DNA of 32,000 bases from Methanocaldococcus jannaschii DSM 2661 (lineage in GTDB: Archaea > AGJL01 > Methanococci > Methanococcales > Methanocaldococcaceae). A program made the position numbers and the translations under genes. The stretch is from contig NC_000909.1 in the NCBI RefSeq assembly GCF_000091665.1, positions 996,629 through 1,028,628 of the forward strand, written 5' to 3'. The notes below the pieces were generated by a model. The model saw only the letters and a list, made by a program, of their open reading frames with translations. It was not told the DNA's origin and did not search any database. Within the stretch, counting starts at the first letter, position 1. Each line of letters starts with the position of its first letter. Positions 27,003 to 32,000 of this stretch are shown here, piece by piece.

Positions 27003-28532
27003 ATGGATAACATGGGTAAAGATAAAAATATACTAAAAATAAGAGCAAATTTAATAAAATATATTGATGTGGATGAAATAGAAGAGTTACCAAAAGTAAA
27101 AGTTAAGAATGTTGAAGAATTTCTTGAAGCGCATAGAGTCCTTGGGAAACACGTAATTTGCAGATATAAAGATAATTTAGAAGACATATTTTTCTTTGTT
27201 GATAATGGGGTTATATTTTATATTCCTTCTGATGGATTCAAAACATTGGAAGATTTAATTGAAGCAAAATCTTTAGGATTAAGTGCTGAGGAGTATTATG
27301 AATACTTAGAGTTTGGAGATATCAACGAATATAAAAAATACAAATCATCTGGATTTAAATCTATAGAAGAGTATAAAAAGGCTAAAGACCTTGGTTTTAT
27401 TGGAGGACTTGAAGAACTTGTAAAAGAAGGAATTGCACAAAGATTGGACGATAAATATATAATAGAATATTTATATTATGGAATTTTGGAGAATCGGGAA
27501 TTTTCAAATGATGCTGAACTATATTACTTTGCAATAGAAAAAGGTTTTAGTGATTTTGATGAATTAAAAAATGCGTTAAAAGCAGGTTTTGGAGACGCTA
27601 ATGAATATAAAGATGCCTTAAATAGAGGATTTAAAGATGCCTACGAATACAACGATGCATTAAGTAAAGGGTTTAGAGATGCTGATGAATATAAGATAGC
27701 AAAAGCTATAGGGGTTAATAGCAAAAAAGAACTTGAAGAATATATGGAATTAAAAAGAATCTGTGAAAACTTTGGATTAGAAACATTTGAAGAAGGATAT
27801 TTATTGAAAGTTCTGATGGATTTAAAAATAGATGAAGAAATTACATTAAAAGAATTATACAACAAACTAAAAGAAAAAGAACGACTAATGAAAATAAAGA
27901 AAGATGTATTAAATAAGCTTGCTAATCTTTCATCACCTTCATGGTATTCAACAAGATTTACAACAGTAGATGATTTAGAAGAATATTTGGTAGATAGTGA
28001 GATTGTTTCTTATCTTGGAGAATATATTAAAGAGGAAAAGATATTTAGAAGAATTTATCCACCAAAACCATCAAGAAGAATTGTTATTATAGATGCTATA
28101 AGTGTTTTAAATAATATGCACAATCTTTCACCAAACTCCATAGAAAATCTAATCAAAAAGATTAAAAATGCTGGATTTAAGAATATTATCACAGTGATGG
28201 ATACAGTAACATATTATAAAATCAAAGGAAAAGACATTTGTAGATTTTTAGCCAATGAATGCAATATTAAAGTTTCTAAATCAAAAGATGAAGCTTATAA
28301 ACTCATAATTGAATATATCAAAAACTTTGGTGCTTTAGTTATAAGTAACGCCTCATTTAAAGACTACATAATAAAAGATTCAAAATTGTTCTATAAAGAT
28401 ATTAAAGAATATATCATCCCATTCATAGTTGAAAATGGAGAGATTAATTTAGATATTGAGTTATTGAGAAAGCTATATACTGAAGTTGTTACAAAAAGAA
28501 TTGAAAAGATAAAATCAAATGTGGTATCATGA
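27003..28532 (+). CDS. Uncharacterised 509-aa protein: N-terminal domain, ~10 degenerate 13-14-aa 'GFxDxxEYxxAxxx' repeats, C-terminal NYN/PIN-like domain
   Basis: Repeats span aa ~77-262. aa 357-460 read RRIVIIDAISVLNN...AGFKNIITVMD...NIKVSKSKDEAYKLIIEYIKNFGALVISNASFKDYI, resembling the Zc3h12a/NYN layout (IDGSNV ... DD ... VSND.FRD). The start may be the ATG at 27012 (GAGGATGG SD) rather than 27003. Confidence 0.65.
   Translation: MDNMGKDKNILKIRANLIKYIDVDEIEELPKVKVKNVEEFLEAHRVLGKHVICRYKDNLEDIFFFVDNGVIFYIPSDGFKTLEDLIEAKSLGLSAEEYYEYLEFGDINEYKKYKSSGFKSIEEYKKAKDLGFIGGLEELVKEGIAQRLDDKYIIEYLYYGILENREFSNDAELYYFAIEKGFSDFDELKNALKAGFGDANEYKDALNRGFKDAYEYNDALSKGFRDADEYKIAKAIGVNSKKELEEYMELKRICENFGLETFEEGYLLKVLMDLKIDEEITLKELYNKLKEKERLMKIKKDVLNKLANLSSPSWYSTRFTTVDDLEEYLVDSEIVSYLGEYIKEEKIFRRIYPPKPSRRIVIIDAISVLNNMHNLSPNSIENLIKKIKNAGFKNIITVMDTVTYYKIKGKDICRFLANECNIKVSKSKDEAYKLIIEYIKNFGALVISNASFKDYIIKDSKLFYKDIKEYIIPFIVENGEINLDIELLRKLYTEVVTKRIEKIKSNVVS
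27543..27710 (+). repeat. Four tandem 42-nt (14-codon) in-frame repeats inside the 509-aa CDS
   Basis: Units at 27543, 27585, 27627 and 27669 encode GFSDFDELKNALKA / GFGDANEYKDALNR / GFKDAYEYNDALSK / GFRDADEYKIAKAI. More degenerate copies lie on both sides. Confidence 0.85.
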
Positions 28533-29551
28533 AGGTTAGAATTAGGGACTTTATAGAAACGACTGAAGGTTTATATTTTGCAGTAAATACCTATGCCCAT
28601 CCAAAAAATAAATTTTTTGCATTTTTAAGATATGTCCCATATGAGTTTGTAGATTTTAAAATAGAAGATAATAACATTAGAGAGATTAATGGAAGAAAGT
28701 ATATAAAGATGGCTGAAAGCAAAATTGCCTATAAGTTTTTAGAGGAAAAATTTAGCAAATACTTATATTATGATGAAACAATCAATGTTTTAATGCATGC
28801 TATTCCAAAAGAAGATGTTAAAAGAATTTTAAGACCAAAAGAAAGATTAAATGAAATTATTAACGAAGAAAATAATTTAAATGAATTAGAAGAAAAATGT
28901 AGGAAATTAGCTCTAATATTGGAAGATTATGGAGTTCCAATTAAAAGCATGGGAGTTAGCGGATCTTTATTGTTAAAATTAAACAACAAAAATTCAGATA
29001 TTGACTTTGTAATTTATGGAAAAGATATGCACAAAAAAGCAAGAGAAGCATTAAAGCAGGCATTTGAAGATAATAAGTTAAAACCACTATCTGATGATTT
29101 TTGGAAAATTGCCTATAAAAAAAGGATTAAAGATAAAACTTTAACCTACGAAGAATTTGTATTCTATGAAAAAAGGAAATATAACAGAGGAATTGTGGAT
29201 AACACAATGTTTGACTTATTATTTACAAGGGAATGGGATGAGATAACTGAAAAATATGGAGATAAGAGATATAAAAACTTAGGATTTGCAAAAATAGAGG
29301 GAAGAGTTTTAAATGATGATTTTGCCTTTGATAATCCAGCAGTTTATAAAATAGAGTGCTACAATGATGAAGATATAAAGGAAGTTGTTTCTTTCACTCA
29401 CACCTATGCTGGGCAGTGCTTTAATGGAGAGGAGATTGTAGCAAGAGGAAAGTTGGAGGAGGTTATTGATAAAAGTGGAGAAAGATATAAGAGGATTGTT
29501 GTAGGAACTACAAGAGAGGCGTTTAATGAATACATAAAAATAAAAAGATAA
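28529..29551 (+). CDS. Pol-beta-superfamily nucleotidyltransferase with a C-terminal barrel-like (possibly OB) domain
   Basis: The motif GVSGSLLLKLNNKNSDIDFVIYG (aa 142-164) matches G[SG]-x9-13-DxD of minimal nucleotidyltransferases. The ATG overlaps the upstream stop (ATGA). The C-terminus reads KIEGRVLNDDFAFDNPAVYKIECYNDEDIKEVVSFTHTYAGQCFNGEEIVARGKLEEV. Confidence 0.7.
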   Translation: MKVRIRDFIETTEGLYFAVNTYAHPKNKFFAFLRYVPYEFVDFKIEDNNIREINGRKYIKMAESKIAYKFLEEKFSKYLYYDETINVLMHAIPKEDVKRILRPKERLNEIINEENNLNELEEKCRKLALILEDYGVPIKSMGVSGSLLLKLNNKNSDIDFVIYGKDMHKKAREALKQAFEDNKLKPLSDDFWKIAYKKRIKDKTLTYEEFVFYEKRKYNRGIVDNTMFDLLFTREWDEITEKYGDKRYKNLGFAKIEGRVLNDDFAFDNPAVYKIECYNDEDIKEVVSFTHTYAGQCFNGEEIVARGKLEEVIDKSGERYKRIVVGTTREAFNEYIKIKR

Positions 29552-29564
29552 AATAGGGCTTGTT

Positions 29565-30503
29565 ATGATAATTGAAACACCATCAAAAGTTATACTATTC
29601 GGAGAGCATGCAGTTGTTTATGGTTATAGAGCTATATCTATGGCTATTGATTTAACATCAACCATAGAAATAAAAGAAACACAAGAAGATGAGATAATTT
29701 TAAACCTAAATGACTTGAATAAAAGCTTAGGTTTGAACTTAAATGAGATAAAAAATATCAATCCAAATAACTTTGGAGATTTTAAATACTGCCTCTGTGC
29801 AATTAAAAACACTTTAGATTATTTAAATATAGAGCCAAAAACTGGTTTTAAAATTAACATTAGCTCAAAAATTCCAATAAGTTGTGGTTTGGGAAGCTCT
29901 GCCTCAATAACAATTGGAACTATAAAAGCTGTAAGTGGATTTTATAATAAAGAGCTTAAAGATGATGAGATTGCAAAACTTGGATATATGGTTGAGAAAG
30001 AAATCCAAGGTAAGGCAAGCATTACAGACACTTCGACAATAACGTATAAAGGTATCTTAGAAATAAAAAACAACAAGTTTAGAAAAATTAAAGGAGAGTT
30101 TGAAGAATTTTTAAAAAATTGCAAGTTTTTAATTGTTTATGCTGAAAAAAGGAAGAAAAAAACTGCTGAGTTAGTTAATGAAGTTGCCAAGATTGAAAAT
30201 AAAGATGAGATATTTAAAGAGATAGACAAAGTTATTGATGAAGCTTTAAAAATCAAAAATAAAGAAGATTTTGGGAAATTGATGACTAAAAACCACGAGT
30301 TGTTAAAAAAGCTAAATATCTCAACACCAAAACTTGATAGAATTGTAGATATTGGGAATAGATTTGGTTTTGGGGCAAAATTAACTGGAGCTGGAGGGGG
30401 AGGATGTGTAATAATCTTAGTTAATGAAGAAAAAGAGAAAGAGCTTTTAAAAGAACTAAATAAAGAAGATGTAAGGATTTTTAACTGCAGAATGATGAAT
30501 TAA
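29565..30503 (+). CDS. mvk: Mevalonate kinase (GHMP kinase)
   Basis: SKVILFGEHAVVYG, the GHMP motif PISCGLGSSAS and the C-terminal KLTGAGGGGCVI. Confidence 0.92.
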   Translation: MIIETPSKVILFGEHAVVYGYRAISMAIDLTSTIEIKETQEDEIILNLNDLNKSLGLNLNEIKNINPNNFGDFKYCLCAIKNTLDYLNIEPKTGFKINISSKIPISCGLGSSASITIGTIKAVSGFYNKELKDDEIAKLGYMVEKEIQGKASITDTSTITYKGILEIKNNKFRKIKGEFEEFLKNCKFLIVYAEKRKKKTAELVNEVAKIENKDEIFKEIDKVIDEALKIKNKEDFGKLMTKNHELLKKLNISTPKLDRIVDIGNRFGFGAKLTGAGGGGCVIILVNEEKEKELLKELNKEDVRIFNCRMMN

Positions 30504-30504
30504 A

Positions 30505-31344
30505 TTAACATTTCTCTTTTAGATAATTTACAATATTCCTCCTAACCTCTCCAATTGTAAATCCCCATTCAATTGGAATATTATCCTTTTTATTTAAAAT
30601 TTCAATTAAATGAGCTACCCTTGGTAATCTTAAATTTGCCTTTCTTATAGTCTCAACATCGCTAAAAACTTCTTTTGGTGTTCCCTCCTTCAAAATTTTT
30701 CCATCATACATAACATAAACTTTGTCAGCATAGACAGGAACTAAATCTACATCATGCGTTGAGATTATTATGGTCATGCCCTTTTTATTCAAATCGTATA
30801 GAAGTTTCATTATTTTTGATGCTCCAACAGGGTCTAAGCCAGCTGTTGGTTCATCCAAAACAATAACCTCAGGCTGCATAGCTAAAATACCTGCTATAGC
30901 CACTCTCTTTTTTTGTCCTCCACTTAAATGATGAGGAGGTTTATTTTCAAAACCTTCCATTCCTACAGCTTTTAACGCCTCTTTAACTCTCTTCTCAACT
31001 TCTTCTTTAGGCAAGCCAAGATTTAAAGGTCCAAATGCCACGTCCTCCTTAACTGTAGGGGCGAATATCTGATCATCGGGATTCTGAAACACCAATCCAA
31101 CCGTCTTTCTAACTTCCACCAAGCTTTTTTTATCATATTTTATTGGCTTGCCTTTTATTAAAACCTCTCCTTTTGTAGGTCTTAGAATTCCATTGAAGTG
31201 TAAAAATAAGGTTGATTTTCCAGCTCCATTAGGGCCGAGTAAAGAGACCATTTCTCCTTTTTTTACTTTAAAATTTATTCCTTTTAAAACCGCTGTTCCA
31301 TCAGGATATCTAAAATATAAATCCTTTGTTTCAACTATATACAT
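30505..31344 (-). CDS. cbiO: ECF/cobalt-type ABC transporter ATP-binding protein
   Basis: Walker A GPNGAGKST, signature LSGGQKKRVAIAG and Walker B VIVLDEPTAGLD. It is followed by a CbiQ/EcfT-like gene. Confidence 0.88.
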   Translation of the reverse strand: MYIVETKDLYFRYPDGTAVLKGINFKVKKGEMVSLLGPNGAGKSTLFLHFNGILRPTKGEVLIKGKPIKYDKKSLVEVRKTVGLVFQNPDDQIFAPTVKEDVAFGPLNLGLPKEEVEKRVKEALKAVGMEGFENKPPHHLSGGQKKRVAIAGILAMQPEVIVLDEPTAGLDPVGASKIMKLLYDLNKKGMTIIISTHDVDLVPVYADKVYVMYDGKILKEGTPKEVFSDVETIRKANLRLPRVAHLIEILNKKDNIPIEWGFTIGEVRRNIVNYLKEKC

Positions 31345-31353
31345 TTATTCCAC

Positions 31354-32000
31354 CTAAATTTTTATGTATGATGTTAGTGTAAAGTCCTTTGTTAAATAAG
31401 CCAATATTATTAAAAATATATCGAATATTGCAATGAATAAGATATATTTAATTGAGGGATTTTCAATTGTTTGCAATAACTTTATTTTTCCATCATAACA
31501 TCTTGACATCATTGTAATATTTAGTTTTTCTCCCTTTTCCCATGCTCTAATAAACAAATGAGCGGCTAAGGCACCAAGAGATTTGTATGTTGATTTTAAG
31601 TTTGAGGTTCCTAATCTTGATTCCTGAGCAAATTTCATCTTTTCATATTCTTCATATAAAACAAAGATGTATCTATATATAAGCATCATCATATCAACTA
31701 AAACATCGGGCATCTTCAACTCTCTAAATATATAAAATAATTCAACCATTGGTGTTGTAAAAGCCAAAAATAACATGCTACTAACTCCACCAAGCATTCT
31801 TCCAAATAATAAAAGTCCTAATTCAATCCCATCTTTATACACAGGAATTTCAAAGCCAAAAACATTTATTTTAAACCATTCAACTGTCCCAAATAAAAAT
31901 GCAAATATTACTAAATTTAATATACCGAATCCAAGAGGAATACCTACAAACACGGCATAAATCTTCTTTGGGACTTTTGCTTTAAACAGTAGTAGTATTG
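31354..32000 (-). CDS. cbiQ: CbiQ/EcfT-type transmembrane component, 5' end outside window
   Basis: The frame stays open upstream of the track's GTG at 31953 (...ILLLFKAKVPKKIYA-VFVGIPLG) to the window edge. The C-terminal segment ESRLGTSNLKSTYKSLGALAAHLFIRAWEKGEKLNITMMSRCYDG is typical of CbiQ. Confidence 0.8.
   Translation of the reverse strand, partial: ILLLFKAKVPKKIYAVFVGIPLGFGILNLVIFAFLFGTVEWFKINVFGFEIPVYKDGIELGLLLFGRMLGGVSSMLFLAFTTPMVELFYIFRELKMPDVLVDMMMLIYRYIFVLYEEYEKMKFAQESRLGTSNLKSTYKSLGALAAHLFIRAWEKGEKLNITMMSRCYDGKIKLLQTIENPSIKYILFIAIFDIFLIILAYLTKDFTLTSYIKI

Noticed and set aside
30490-30560. C-box-like AATGATGA at the mvk 3' end as a possible C/D box sRNA
   Set aside because: There is no matching CTGA D box or C'/D' arrangement at the expected ~50-60 nt spacing on either strand. 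The motif is simply the codons for the final residues ...RMMN.
1-32000. Search for CRISPR arrays, tRNA/rRNA or other structured RNA genes, IS elements and integrases
   Set aside because: I found no regularly spaced 25-40-bp repeats and no G+C-rich islands in intergenic DNA, which are the usual signature of stable RNAs in AT-rich hyperthermophiles. There are also no transposase- or integrase-like ORFs. All gaps are 180 nt or shorter and AT-rich.

Overview
AT-rich archaeal chromosome segment with dense, mostly co-directional genes and GGTGA/GGAGG-type Shine-Dalgarno sites. From memory, not a search, the protein set and gene order match Methanocaldococcus, specifically the M. jannaschii MJ105x-MJ1089 region: methanogen-type SerRS, TrpE, Rio2 flanked by two MJ1072/MJ1074-family paralogues, AroE, mevalonate kinase and CbiO/CbiQ. 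Bases 1-14175 form a surface-glycan island. Its plus-strand operon encodes GT2, a NodU-type carbamoyltransferase, GT4 and an orphan 537-aa protein. It converges on an eight-gene minus-strand operon encoding GT4, a Wzx-like flippase and a full pseudaminic-acid-type set (PseC, PseI, a hexapeptide acetyltransferase, PseF, a PseG-PseH fusion and PseB). The remainder is mainly housekeeping but holds several oddities. Two uncharacterised genes with overlapping stop/start codons sit next to the glycan operon, one of them an anchored lectin-like protein. Two roughly 340-nt direct paralogous repeats bracket rio2, with a nonsense-interrupted third relic between them. The rio2 homology region extends upstream of its first ATG with no canonical start codon. 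A UPF0104 membrane gene has its N-terminus split over three frames at homopolymer runs. A possible membrane-gene remnant follows. The candidate I rate most interesting is an overlapping two-gene module between aroE and mvk: a tandem-repeat protein ending in a NYN/PIN-like domain plus a Pol-beta-type nucleotidyltransferase. I saw no rRNA, tRNA, CRISPR array or obvious mobile element. All family assignments come from motif recognition by eye, since no searches could be run.
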